DNA from: Eremomyces bilateralis CBS 781.70
Lineage: Eukaryota
Assembly: GCA_010015585.1 (NCBI GenBank)
Contig: ML975149.1
Reading direction: 5' to 3' (one strand)
DNA length: 39,049 bases
Shown here: positions 1-11,904 of the stretch, piece by piece
Position numbering within the stretch: the stretch's first letter is position 1
Layout: each line of letters starts with the position of its first letter
Translations under genes and position numbers: made by a program
The notes under the pieces: generated by a model
What the model saw: only the letters and a program-made list of their open reading frames with translations
What the model was told of the DNA's origin: nothing
Databases searched by the model: none

Positions 1-263
1 AAGAAGGTTCGGATAGATCCCAATGTTAAGTTCGCACAGATTAAAGAGATCAAAGTAGCGCAAGAGGCTGTACGGCTTCTGGAGGCAAATACTATACTAG
101 AACAGAGTATTCCCGTGGCTGAAACTATACCAGACGCTCCCCAAGATGCTGTACAATAGTCCTATGGTTTGAATTTTCAATATAATTACGTGGTGGTAGA
201 GATGTCACGGTTTTCATGATGGTGGCTAAGATGGTGATACTGGCCAAGTAGGTGGTTGGCCAA
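1..263 (+). mobile_element. 3' end remnant of a Fot1/pogo-like (Tc1/mariner) transposon
   Basis: Frame 1 reads KKVRIDPNVKFAQIKEIKVAQ, similar to the KKVxxDPNxxFAxI C-terminal motif of fungal pogo/Fot1 transposases. It is followed by TGGCCAAGTAGGTGGTTGGCCAA (241-263), which looks like an interrupted TIR. Confidence 0.55.
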
Positions 264-1469
264 CAGGCAGGGGTTCGAACTTAGTCACCTACAAAGTGGC
301 TTGCCCGGCTCTAATCCGGCCCAGCCAATAAACACATCCAATTGCCTAGAAAGCAAAAAACAAAAACATAACTACTGCAATAGGAGTTCCCCTAAAATCT
401 CCCAGCTGCACACCGCCGAAAGTCGTGGGCCCGTCGAACAATACTCCCTCCCACCACTGTAAAAGTGGTAAAGACACCGTGTTCCCCCTTCGAAGAGGCC
501 CGGGGCGTAGATGTAGACCCTGATGGTAGGATCCCCTGACGACCGTGCCGTGGATCGCAAGCTGCAATCTGTTTCAAGTCCGCCGTCCCCCTCTTTAGTC
601 GCTGTACCTTCTTCGGCCCCTCGCTCTCAGTCATAGTCTTAGACGCAGTCTACAGTGCTCTCCTTCAGTTACAATTTCATCGGCTCAGTCGTAGCCCACG
701 TAATCAATCCTCCAAAGGCTGCAGAATTCCTATATCTTTATCACTAGGCCTTCGTGCGGTTCAGGAGGTTGTGGCCTGTGGCCATTTGGTCAATGTGGTG
801 CGGGAGATCTGGGAAGCTCCAGTAACATCTCCACTGGTTCAGCTACAAGGACTAGTAAATAGTGCCTTCATATTGGCAAACCTACCTCGCTTAAGGTAGG
901 CGGCTGCAGAAAGGGATGGGAAAACTAGACTCGACGAAGAGCTGCCTCGAAAGCGCTATGTTCGCTCATAGGTACTTATGTCCGGAAGAGCCTGTATTCG
1001 ATTTGGTCCAGGATTCGTATAATCTCGTTGTCATGATGAATACGTTATCTTAATGTCGCCTCTTCTGTACTTCATTCTTAATTGCTTGCCGCTTTCTCTT
1101 GGAAGCGCGCGCAAACCCCACTTTTCGAGACCTGCGCTTTGGTTTCTTATCTAGTTGGAGCCGTACTAAATAACTGGCGATCGGCATGTTTCGACTCCTC
1201 CCAGCTTTCTCAATATCCCACGTCGATCTCCAGAGATATACGCCGCGCCTGCACATATCTTCCCACCTGTCAGTATTCACTAGGGGTAATAGGCAGCGGT
1301 CAAGTAAGATAACAAGTCCTACACTCCCAACTGAGGGGGCCCCTTTTGGCGCAGTGGACTTTCAACAGTAAGCCATCGTTTCGGAATCCAGTATGCCCTG
1401 TACGTTACAGCCTTGAAGCAGAGTGACTTCATCCCTTCAACACTCTTCAGCCAGCATCGATGGGTAGAA

Positions 1470-3169
1470 TCAAGTGGATTTCAGCACGGGAGCCTTCATC
1501 ACGGGAGCCGACGTCCCTGTGGTGCTGTTCCCGGGGGTGGAGCTAGAGACGTCCATCGGAGCGAATGTCAGATCCCACATGCCCATAACCTCAGCACCGT
1601 GACCATCGCCGTGACCAGCCCCCTCATCTCTCGAACGGTGTGAATGTCCTCCCATCCCCTCCATCCCGTCGGTAGTGGCTCCTTGTGTTCGGCTGTTTAA
1701 ACCTGTTAGCTCCAACTGGTCGAGGAATCTATCAACAAGAGAACAAAAATCTTACAGAGGGTGGAGTTTAAGGTCATAGACGGCCGTCATGGTGATGTAG
1801 TCTCCTTTCTTGACAGGAATTGGCTCCGCGCACCGGGTCATATTAGAGATGGTCTCCCATTTCTCGCCGTTGAGCTCCATGGTGCCGCTAGCGCCACCAT
1901 ATGTGGCTTTGCTGGTGCACACCTCCTTATCGTTAACGAGGAGAATCATCGAGACTCCGCCGTCGTGCAAGTGGCCCTCTGATTTGGTCGCATTATTAGC
2001 ACGGTTTTAGCAGACGAAGAACAAAGGTCCGGATTGGCAACTCACTCCCATTGATGATGTATCCGTCTTCATAGATTGCGAATTTGTCGCTCGTCGTCCG
2101 CGACTCACCGGCAGTGTCAAGTTTGATCTCACGGCCCGCGCAGCCAGCGACGCTCATCAACTTAGTCTTCGTGTCGGGGCCAATTTTCCCCGGCATGTAC
2201 TCCAAATTCATGGACAAGTACACCTCTTGCGGTTCGTCCTTGTAGTTGACAAGGTCTGACTGAATGGTGATCATCGCATCAGCAGGGAGATAGTAACCGC
2301 TCTCGAACTTTCCATCCTTGTCTGAGTAGTAAACCGGGGCGTTGCCACTATCCTCACCAACCATGAGGAAGGGGGAACCCGGAAGGATACCAAGCTGGCG
2401 TCGGCGGTGAGAATGACTGTGTTCATCAGATGCTGCTCCCGCAGAAGATGACGTGGGTGTGGTAGCCGACCCTGATGTATCGTATTAACGTCCATTCAAA
2501 AAATACCACGGGGGCTGCTAGCTGATACAGGAATAGCTGGGATGCCTTACCTGAACCAGTGGCCTCATCAGTGCTTGATGCTCCAAAGAGTCCTGCCAAT
2601 TCAGAGGAGCCACCATCATCACCTGAGCCACCAAATATAGACAACCAAGACGGACCGCCTGAACTACCTAAACTGCCTAAACCGGCAAAAAAGTCCGTTA
2701 AACCCGAAGCAGGCTTAGCATTAGGGTCAATCGTCGGCGTATCACACTCCGCGACCCAAGAAGTGCTCTCCTTGTTCGTGAACGACAGCATGTGGTGGGT
2801 GTACACACCGGTCTCGACTCCAATAGGCTCGCCATTGGCCGACGTGAGTTTGATCTGCCCAAAGAGGACAGACGCGTCCTTTGGGAAGCCCTCATTCAGG
2901 ACTGACATGAACGTCTCGCCTCGTGGGTCCATAGAGATGGTTCCGAAGGGCTTATCAGCGTTGCCAGGAAGCATCGTGATAGGCCCCCAGGTGATGACGG
3001 TGCGCTTTGCGTCGGGTCGGATGACAGGGGTCTCTTCGGTACTGTTGACGACGGGGAGAGTATCCAAGAACATGCTGAGGAGACCGCTGAGCTGCCGTTT
3101 GCTCTGGGGATTGCTAGCCGGCGCAGCCGAAGCCAGCAAAGGAAGGGAAAAGAGAATGAGTGACTTCAT
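1470..3169 (-). CDS. Secreted His-rich protein, Nod19-like / copper monooxygenase (PHM)-like; 4 exons
   Basis: Signal peptide MKSLILFSLPLLASA. GT-AG introns at about 2472-2550, 1979-2045 and 1695-1755 join ORFs 2426..3169, 1996..2364, 1752..1970 and 1470..1715 into one frame. Motifs YTHH, GHLHDGG and EVMGM. Confidence 0.75.
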
Positions 3170-4471
3170 TATGACTAGAAGATGACAGGACTAGAAACTG
3201 GATAGACCAACAAGGAACGACTGGGGAGCGAAGACAAACTTGTTTGGAGGATCCACCTACTTATATCTAACAAATGCTGTGGCAGCAAAGGAATCAAGAT
3301 ATATTGTGGGGTTCATCTACCTACCCCCTTCTAAATATCAAGCTAGACTCATAACGCGCAAGTATGCACTGTTGAGTGTTGACTATGGAAGAGCGTCATC
3401 CAGCGTCCTGCGAGAAATATTCCGAATGTGACGTTGCGACGTTGGTGGAGCCGCATCTCCATCCTTTTAATCACAGATCTCCCCAGGCGTATCTAGTCCT
3501 AGTTGGACCAATCAGATTCGAGAGTCAGCATATATATGTGAGAACGAATGTCGCGAGATCTTGATAGGGCAAAGCAAGCTTTCATTATTAATTCATTTAT
3601 TTACAGTGAGGAACGTGTCGCAAGATGCCCCTGCTGGTTTCAACTGATTGATTGATTGATTCCAGCACCCGTTCGGGCCAACATCGGTTAGCCCACGTGG
3701 GGAACTAGGTGCCTAAGTACCATTTGCCTTTGCCCTAACTAGTGACCCGTATGCTTGGAATCTTAAGTTCTGAGCGCTATGCCCTATTAAGGCAGATGCT
3801 AGGAATACCTAAAAGAGTACTCCGCACTTTACTTAGGACAAGTTCATCCGGACCTGCGTCGAACTGGACACCTTTGATATGCCAAATGAAGTAAGAGAGT
3901 GAGTATTATTGAATTATTAATTGTATCATCCAAAGTCTCCAATTTTTTGGCGGAAAATGGGCAGGAAAACGACCCCATAGAGCTGATTAAAGCACGGAAT
4001 ATGGCACTCGCTATAAGGGGGGATTGCTTCCTGCACCCCAAAAATGGCATAGAATTATCATTTCAGAGATATAGAAGCATTCTACGGTGAAAGATTTGCA
4101 CAAGTCGATACTCGAAACCCCCTTTTTGAGTCTCAGAATGTGCGCAGAGAGCGTCCTAAGCGTGTTACAGGCCTGCAGCAGAGACGGCTTCAAACGCTTA
4201 GAAAAGACTTAGCCCCCGCAAGAGTCAGCGACGTTAGTAGAAGATAGGCCTAACAGCTTTTTGAAGAATAAGATGCCGTCTGATGATCATGATCACGATA
4301 CATACTCAGTTTATGTAATTTTATCACGCTAGTAAGAGTTGGGCTAGCGTTGGGGACAAATCTAACCAGCCAAATTTCCATTGCTTCAAGTGAATGTCAA
4401 ATCTGCTATTCATTACCGGTCCGTGAAGAAATGAAACCAAAAATACGCTCCCCTTCCCATCCGTAAGCCTC

Positions 4472-5470
4472 TCACAACTCAAACTTCTGCCCCACAAGCT
4501 CCTCACTCAACGTCCACAACCTCGTCGCATCCGCCGGATCCTTCGCCCAGGCATTCTGCTGCTCCACCACGCAATCCGCCAAATACTTCCCACTCTCACT
4601 CTCCATCCTCGGATCCAACGCCGCCACCAACGTTGTCGCGCATCCTTCCTCTCTGTTCTTCAGCGGGTCGACCTCGAACCCATACGAGCGCGTCAACTCG
4701 CCAATGTTCCTAATTTACTCCTGGGTAAGGTTGGCCCCGAGGCTTGTCTCGTAAACACTTCCCGGATGCACGCTAATCGCGACGAGGCCCTTCGTGGCCC
4801 CCCGATTTGCGAGCTCTATGCTAAAGAGGATATTGGCGGTCTTGCTCTGCCCGTAACTATCCCAGGCATTATACGCCTTGCCGTCGGAGAAGTTGTAGTC
4901 GTCGAATCGGACTGGGCCGCATTTGTGCCCGGAGCTGCTGAGGTTGACGATACGGCTGCCGTTGCCGGCGGCGAGGAGCAGAGGCGTGAGGAGAGTGGTG
5001 AAGAGGAAGTGGCCCACGTGGTTCGCGGCGAATTGGTACTCGACGCCAGATTTGCTGAGCGTGAAGTTCGCGACTGCCATCACGCCCGCGTTGTTGATGA
5101 GTACGTCGAGTTTAGGGGTTTGTGACTGGATCGCCGAGGCGGCGGCGCGGACGGAGTCGTAGTCTGCGAGGTCGAGGTTCACGAAGACGGCTTTAATACA
5201 CGGGTCAATCGCGTGGATCTTCTGGATGACGCTGGTGACTTTGGATTCGCTGCGCGCGCGAGGAGGAAGATGGTGGCGGGGTGCCCGTGGGCCAGGGAGG
5301 TGGCGGTGGTGGCTCCGATACCATTCTCGCTGGTGCCAGTGATAGCGACTGTTGATGTCAATATAGGGTTCGGGATCATGCAGGGAATACTTACAGGTTC
5401 TGCCTCTAACCTGCTCTGGGAATGTCTCGACGACCTGCTGGCCGGTTGTGTGGAAACCGAATTGAGTCAT
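4472..5470 (-). pseudogene. Short-chain dehydrogenase/reductase (retinol dehydrogenase-like), disrupted
   Basis: Motifs TGTSENGIG, LDVLINNAGVM, NHVGHF, YGQSK and VHPG; intron 5349-5394. An extra GC in a (GC)n run near 5252-5260 shifts the frame (LAR/SESK), and an in-frame TAA lies at 4715-4717. Confidence 0.85.
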
Positions 5471-5863
5471 CTTGACCGTAGTTCTCGGTAGTAACAATAG
5501 TTCAGTTCGACTGATCTGGTTATTGAAGATTAGGCTCAATTGTGAAATGGTAGTTATGACTTTGTTAGTTTGTCCTGATGATGAGTCTGAAACCAATTAA
5601 GATATTGACGCGATTCCTACGACCTTATATACTTCTCCTACATCTCTACTGGGTAAGTCTCCAATGATACTAGTGAGATGAGACGGTTAGCCAATATAGA
5701 GCAGGTCGATGGAGGTATGCAAGTTATCTTAACTCCTGTGGGAAGGAATAGAACATTATTGTTGCGATCAGGGGCTCTGTAGTCTGTTCGGCCGTATTTA
5801 ATGCTCTAGAACCCGTAACTCCGGATATCCCTTCTTTAATACTGTCCCGAGTCGAAAGAGAAG

Positions 5864-5940
5864 GTTAGACGAAGGGGGGAGAGAGAGAGATTCATACGCC
5901 CGTCAGGCCTCTCGGCGAGGCCCATGTGTTAGACGAAGGG
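5864..5940. repeat. 13-bp direct repeat GTTAGACGAAGGG flanking a ~50-bp insert; possible 5'-truncated LINE end with TSD
   Basis: Copies at 5864-5876 and 5928-5940. The insert contains a (GA)n tract and a 6-bp GGCCTC/GAGGCC stem-loop. Confidence 0.45.
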
Positions 5941-6163
5941 AGGAGGGAGGTCGGAGTTTAGTGGCACCAGTCACCGGGCACCGGGCACATGGCGATGGTT
6001 TAAATCCAGACCAACGAGACTGCCAAACTTGATCAGATAACTAATTAAGGCTAGTGAGATTTTCACCCGCGCTAGCTATTATTAGTTGAAATTAAATGAT
6101 AAATTGGGTCCAGCGCATGTTTCCGCTTCTTTAGTTCTTTTTCTCATAGATCTCAGCATAGAA

Positions 6164-6452
6164 GGTATTGCTCTCCCTCTAGATTGTCTCTACGCTTCCT
6201 ATGAAGAAGCCTACAATGCTCTCAAGATCTATAGTATGTAACATGGTTACGGCTTCCTACTCAAACGGAGCAGACCTCACCATTCTGATGTGAAGACGCG
6301 ATATTACTATCACTGTGATCGATCCGGAAACTATCAGTCAAGAGCAAGAATTCTAAGCATAATAACACGTTCAGCAGGATGTCCTTCTAAACTTGTCATT
6401 TTCAAGACAAAGGGCGATGACCAAAGAGGTTCTGGATAAGCATCATGACCAT
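6164..6452 (+). mobile_element. MULE/Mutator transposase remnant (FAR1-like DNA-binding domain)
   Basis: Reads YASYEEAYNALKIYSM*HGYGFLLKRSR...YYYHCDRSG...RSAGCPSKL...EVLDKHHDH, i.e. the CDR..GCP..HxH pattern, with a stop and a deletion. Confidence 0.7.
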
Positions 6453-6456
6453 CCCC

Positions 6457-6531
6457 GATGATGATGATGATGATGATGATGAAGAAGGAGAAGAAGAGGA
6501 GGAGGAGAAGGAGGAAGAAGAAGAAGGAGAA
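6457..6531 (+). repeat. (GAT)8 followed by GAA/GAG low-complexity tract
   Basis: Seen directly in the sequence. Confidence 0.9.
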
Positions 6532-6799
6532 GATTATGGGCAAGAGCGCGTGCCCCGTTGTGCTCTCGGTGGTCGGCGACGGAAAGCTGGAGTACACGGG
6601 GGACGTGAACGCCGTGGAGGGGACTACGGCTGTGGCTCAGCATGTTCGCGCTGCTTTGATCCCCACCCAGCGGAGTATGTTTGACCCTAGGTTACCTTGC
6701 GCGAGGTGTAACCATGTGATTAGCTCCGTATGTGGAAGACGTATAGGTAAAATTCTCCTAAGAAAACCGTATTCCTTTCCAGTAGTTGGCTAATTCGGG

Positions 6800-8424
6800 T
6801 TAGGTAGGTGTGCTGGGGTCTTGAGTACGAATGTTGCTATATACAGAAAGAAATAGCTGCTTCACTATCAACGCCGCAGGGTAGGTTCGCTCAATTGTTT
6901 CCAGGAGATGAAGGCAGCAGGAAAGTCGCCTTTCTCCCAGCTCCCTCTTATATAGTTCTGTAGACTTTAGTGCCGAAATAGAGATGAGCATAGCCGGCAT
7001 AATTAGAGGTACCACTGTCGGAGGAACGTATGCGATAGTATCGTCGTCATGATATGACTGGACTGTCGTGATGATTCCGTCCGCCGCTGTTTCGGCCATC
7101 TCCTTGTCGCCACTGAGCTGACATATTGCGATCATCGCCGCATTCTGACAGAGCCGTAAGTGACGGTAGCAAAGCGAGAGTAGTAGACTTGAACAGATGT
7201 CTTCTTGGACTTGGAGGCTGTCTTTGACACGGTTTGAGAAGACGGGAGGCTCGGTGGTCCTGGACGAGAGAAACTGACGCAACATATTCGCGGCTGTGAC
7301 TGAGGTTCTCCACATCTTCTCGAACCCCTCTGCCTCTGCTTCGGAATAAACGCTGTTGCCTTGGAGTTTCACGTCTTGAAAGCGACATTCGGCCATGAGG
7401 GGCAAAGTGGTGCTACGCGCTGCTTCATCGAGACGCAAAGGCCTTCCCATGCTGTAAGACAGCCATGTGTCTCGAAGCATACAGCAGTGCCACGCGTTTC
7501 TCCAGACATGATACTCCGCCCTGAAGATTTGCCGGGCATCAGGCATAGGTGTGCGATGAAGACCAAGGGTCTGAGAGATGCTAAAAGCAATGCCCGACCA
7601 GTACCAAGACTGCTTGATGTCCTCGGCATCGTCGAACCAGAAGCTAAGCAGGAGGGCGGACTGGACGAGAACGAGTTTATCATTCTCGCCACCTAGTTCG
7701 AAAAGAACATTCCCTCGAGTGACGAATGACGCTTTAGTTTCCTTGTCGGAACATGCGGGGACGTAGCTTGCACTGACTGAAAACATACTCCATAAGAGAA
7801 GCAAATTCAATCTACCTAGCCCTCCACTCGCGTGATCTCGTAAGAAGGAGGGTCCATCGAGGACTGGAAATATGGGGTGGACAAAGCGGAAATAGGCTGC
7901 GAGAAGGTCATTACTTTCGGTCGGCAGCTCGAAGCAACCCTTGAGCCAGAGGTATTCCAGATCCTCTGGATTGAGGGCTGCGTCAGCCCTACCGTTGATG
8001 GTAATGTGGCGACGTTTTGGACTTTCTGGTCTCAACATATCGAATATCGCACCATAGCCACTTTCGCCAACATATATCGATGTTGTTCTGGAACTTGGCT
8101 GCGTAACGACAGATGCGACAATTCTGGTTTGATCAAGCTGGGAAACAGACCTCGAGATATCCACAGTATCAGGAGGAGCCTTTTCTTCGGGATTGACGTT
8201 CTCATTCTTCTTGTTCCTATTCGTGGACCTGTGCGCAAGGTCAATGAATCGTATTGAGAATAGAATAAGGTGAAAACTAACCTATATGGTTTCCGAGTCC
8301 GAGGCGTGCACTCTGAGCGGTACTCCCGGCAATTCGAGCATGGACTCGTAGTCGTATCCAAGTCACAACGGATCTTGCGCTCGTGACATGTCGAGCACAC
8401 ATTTATCGCACGTTTCCGTGCCAT
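6800..8424 (-). CDS. Zn(II)2Cys6 transcription factor with fungal-specific TF (middle homology) domain
   Basis: Zn cluster CSTCHERKIRCDLDTTTSPCSNCREYRSEC. Intron 8229-8281 joins it to ORF 6800..8164, which has YFRFVHPIFPVLD, LGLHR and GRPLRL. Confidence 0.92.
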
Positions 8425-8894
8425 TTTTCTTGATTAGGTTTGTTTAACCTGGTACTACTAGTAAATGCGACTCTAGAAAGAGCCGTAAAAGGTGGTGAGA
8501 TTTATATTTCTAAGATGCCGAATATACCGAAGCTGACGAGTAGGTAGCGGCTTACGGCAGCAAGGAACCACAGTGACGACGCCTTTTGATCCTTCCGACG
8601 AGTCCCGGAGGCTTAGAAAAGTAGGATCGACAGTCTGAGCTTTGGGCGCCTAAGGGATTCCAGCGCATTTCGATAAATTTGATATACTCGGTATGGCGCT
8701 TGCGTCTGTTAACTAACATAAATGCTTGATGCTCGATGGTGATTATCTATACGGTAATTTCGGTATATTGCTCCTTGGTTTTCATTGACTTGAGATGCAT
8801 GCTAGATGCTGGACGGTGACTATATATACTCCTGTCTTGCCATCACCTTTCAGAGATATGCTTCATCATCTTCTAATTCCAATTCATTTCAAGG

Positions 8895-10337
8895 ATGAGA
8901 CTGCAACTTATTGCCGCTTGCTTTGCGGCAAGTGGCTTGCCCTTGGTAGCGGCGCAAACGGCGCAAGAACTTCTTAATTCAGTGTTAAACCCCGACCCAG
9001 GCTCATCAACCTATGCATCCTACTCGACGGAGATCTATTATAATGCGACTCTTTACAACCAGACAACCCAAATTTCGACCAGCTACTACAAGCTGGAAGC
9101 TTCCGCCAAGCTACGGCTGCCTCCAGCTGCGTACGATTATGCCGCAGGTGGTGCTGGATTGGAAACGACCGTTGCAGCGAATCGAGCGGCTTTTGACAAT
9201 GTCAGTGTCACATAGCTTCATATCACCACCTCAATACTAACTATTGTTAGTGGAGCATCGTTCCTCGAGTAATGCGTAACATACTCCCGAAGCGGAACCT
9301 TACCACTACGCTCTTCGGCAAGAGTCTACCGGCACCCATCGTCATGGCTCCCGTGGGAGTGCAGACGATGTTTCATCCGGATGGAGAGCGTGCCACAGCA
9401 AGTGTATTTGGGGAGCTAGGACTGCCGTATACCTTGAGTACAGCATCTAGTACCGGCTTTGTAGACGTCGCTGAGGCCAATGGGGACAATCCGAGATGGT
9501 ATCAGCTTTACTGGCCCACCGACGACGACCTGACCAGATCTTATCTAAAGTCGGCAAAGGAGAACGGATACGACGTTCTGGTTGTGACGGTGGACACTTG
9601 GGACTTAGGGTGGAGAACCCGCGACCTGGACCGGGGGTTCTTCCCCTTTATTCGAGGCATCGGAGTTCAAATTGGGCTCGAGGATGCCTGTGCACATGAA
9701 AAGTTGGGGTTCAACCCCTTGTCGCCCAATGCAACGGACGAACAAAAGCAGATGGCAGCACTTTATCACGTTATTTCGACATCCAGGGGGGTCTCCCCGA
9801 TATGGGAAAACCTGCCCAAACTGAGAGAATTTTGGGGCAAGGGACCAATCGTGCTTAAAGGGATACAGTCGGCAGACGATGCGAAGAAAGCTGTGGAACA
9901 TGGAGTCGACGGGATCATCGTGAGTAATGTAAGGAGAATTCTATGGATTATTTATTCTGTTTGCTAACGTGACGCAGCATGGTGGTCGCCAAATTGATGG
10001 GGCCATCGGCTCCCTTGACGCCCTATATGGAATTTCGAAAGCAGTTAAAGGCAAGATCACTATAGGCTTTGATGGCGGTATTCGTTCAGGAGCAGATATG
10101 TAAGTGTTATATGATTCTTTTGGCAGCGCCTGACCATGTTTTAGATTTAAAGCACTTGCGATTGGTGCCGACTTCGTTCAGATAGGTCGGCCAGTTCTAT
10201 GGGGGTTGGCTCATGAAGGAGCAGTCGGCGTTCGGCATGTGCTGAAATCTCTGCTTGCTGAATTCGATTTGACACTGGGTCTGTCGGGCTGTAAGAGCGT
10301 TCAGGAGTTAAACCAGTCTTTTCTCGTTGCTAGGTAA
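8895..10337 (+). CDS. FMN-dependent alpha-hydroxy acid dehydrogenase/oxidase (lactate 2-monooxygenase-like) with N-terminal signal peptide
   Basis: Introns 9201-9250, 9929-9977 and 10100-10144. Motifs YDYAAGGAG, APVGVQ, WYQLY, VTVDT, LKGI, SNHGGRQ and DGGIRSG. N-terminus MRLQLIAACFAASGLPLVAAQ is hydrophobic. Confidence 0.92.
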
Positions 10338-10728
10338 CTAACCTTGGCCTATATTTTCTGGACAATGGCTTTGATTAAAGCAACAATCATTGTCTATCCG
10401 TCAGGTGATGCACATTAAGTGATACATTCCTAATCGGGAATGTACCCTTAGCTAGCTATAAATAGTCCTAGATTATCCTTCCGATGATAGACTTAGAATC
10501 ATCTCAATGAATGAGTTTTCAATCTAACAGGTTATGCAAGGGTCTCACTGTAGGGAATCTCCAATCGTGAGGCAAACGTAGAATTGTTGCTATGAAGGAG
10601 GAATCTATCTAAGGTGTGAAAGGCGTTTGTCCTTGTGCTGTGGAGCTGGAGTAACTAACAGTAATAGGCCACGAGGCCACTACGCTGTACGCATCCAAGT
10701 CCATAGCCCTCTGATCCACCTTAGGTTA

Positions 10729-10779
10729 TAGTTAACTGAGCCTAACTTAGTTAACTTAGTTAACTAGTTAGTTAACTTA
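10729..10779. repeat. TAACT/AGTTA array, probably accumulated Fot1/pogo excision footprints
   Basis: TAACTTAGTTAACTTAGTTAACTAGTTAGTTAACTTA lies immediately left of the MITE; TAGTTAGTT lies on its right. Confidence 0.5.
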
Positions 10780-11213
10780 ACGTAATCCACCGCCGAGCTG
10801 CGAATATCACCGAGCTGCGAACTTCAAATCTCACCAAAATCGGGATATTTCATAACCCGATATCTCAACAACAGCATCATAATAAAATCTACAAGTTGAT
10901 AGATAGACTTTACTAGTCATTTTAAGCCTTTACTCAAATTCACAGAGCTCTAGCTATTGTAGTTGTAGATATACCTAGGTCATAGTAGATTCTTGCACCT
11001 TTTAGCACCTAGGATCTAGGTATATCTACCATTACAATAGCTAGAGCTCTATAAATATGAGTAAAGGCTTAAAATGACTAGTAAAGTCTATCTATCAACT
11101 TTAGATTTTATTATGATGCTGTTGTTGAGATATCGGGTTATGAAATATCCCGATTTTGGTGAGATTTGAAGTTCGCAGCTCGGTGGTATTCGCAGCTCGC
11201 TGGTGGATTACGT
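10780..11213. mobile_element. Fold-back MITE of Fot1/pogo type with ~200-bp inverted arms and TA TSD
   Basis: Ends are TA|ACGTAATCCACC ... GGTGGATTACGT|TA. Arms at about 10780-10979 and 11015-11213 are near-perfect reverse complements around a ~35-bp spacer. Confidence 0.9.
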
Positions 11214-11904
11214 TAGTTAGTTGATGTACTTAACTAGTACTTTAGCACGACGAGTCGCTTTCGGGCTCCAGCACCATCTAAGCACAGCGAAGCAGTCCAG
11301 TTTCTTACTGGAGAGGTTTTGCAACCTCAAAAACCATTTTACAACTTCACTACAACCCACCTTTCTGTTACCCTAGGTCCTAATAGAGTTTAGTTACGGA
11401 ATAAATTCTGATGACCCACAGTTGTACTCCGTAAACTGTGTGCTACCGAACTTCCGTTCGTAGATTAGCATCGCCCTATCTGGTATAGCGCTGATTTTCG
11501 TTTTCAATGAAAATCTCACCAGCCCTTCTAATTACAGTACAGTAATTCATCATTCCCTAGTCGCAAGATGGCCCTGTTGATTTCAATTGCCACCTATATT
11601 CATTTCGCTGCCCATTACCCCTAGAACTAAGCCTATTTAGGACTGCTCAGTCCTTTCCGACGTATTTACATATCTTCAACGGTTATCTAGCTAGATCTCT
11701 TTTTTGGAGAGAAGGGGAATCGTCAATAATAACATATATTGTGTCTCTACAGTAACTGAGCTTAAGCTGCGAACCTGCTTAATCATCACCCCGCGTAATG
11801 CGACACATGCTATATTCTATGGTTTCGCCGACCAAAATAGGTCTATACCACGAATTCGCCCGTACAGACTAATTACGTGGTGATCAAGAAGATGGTCTGG
11901 ACTC

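Noticed and set aside
3818..4270. Possible transposase N-terminal remnant (LPAP…FRDIEAFYGERFAQV)
   Set aside because: No diagnostic motif or paired TIR was found.
6334..6793. ORFs with poly-Met, poly-His, poly-Ile or poly-Asp tracts
   Set aside because: These are artefacts of the (GAT)n/GAR microsatellite. The short downstream coding-like piece could not be assigned.
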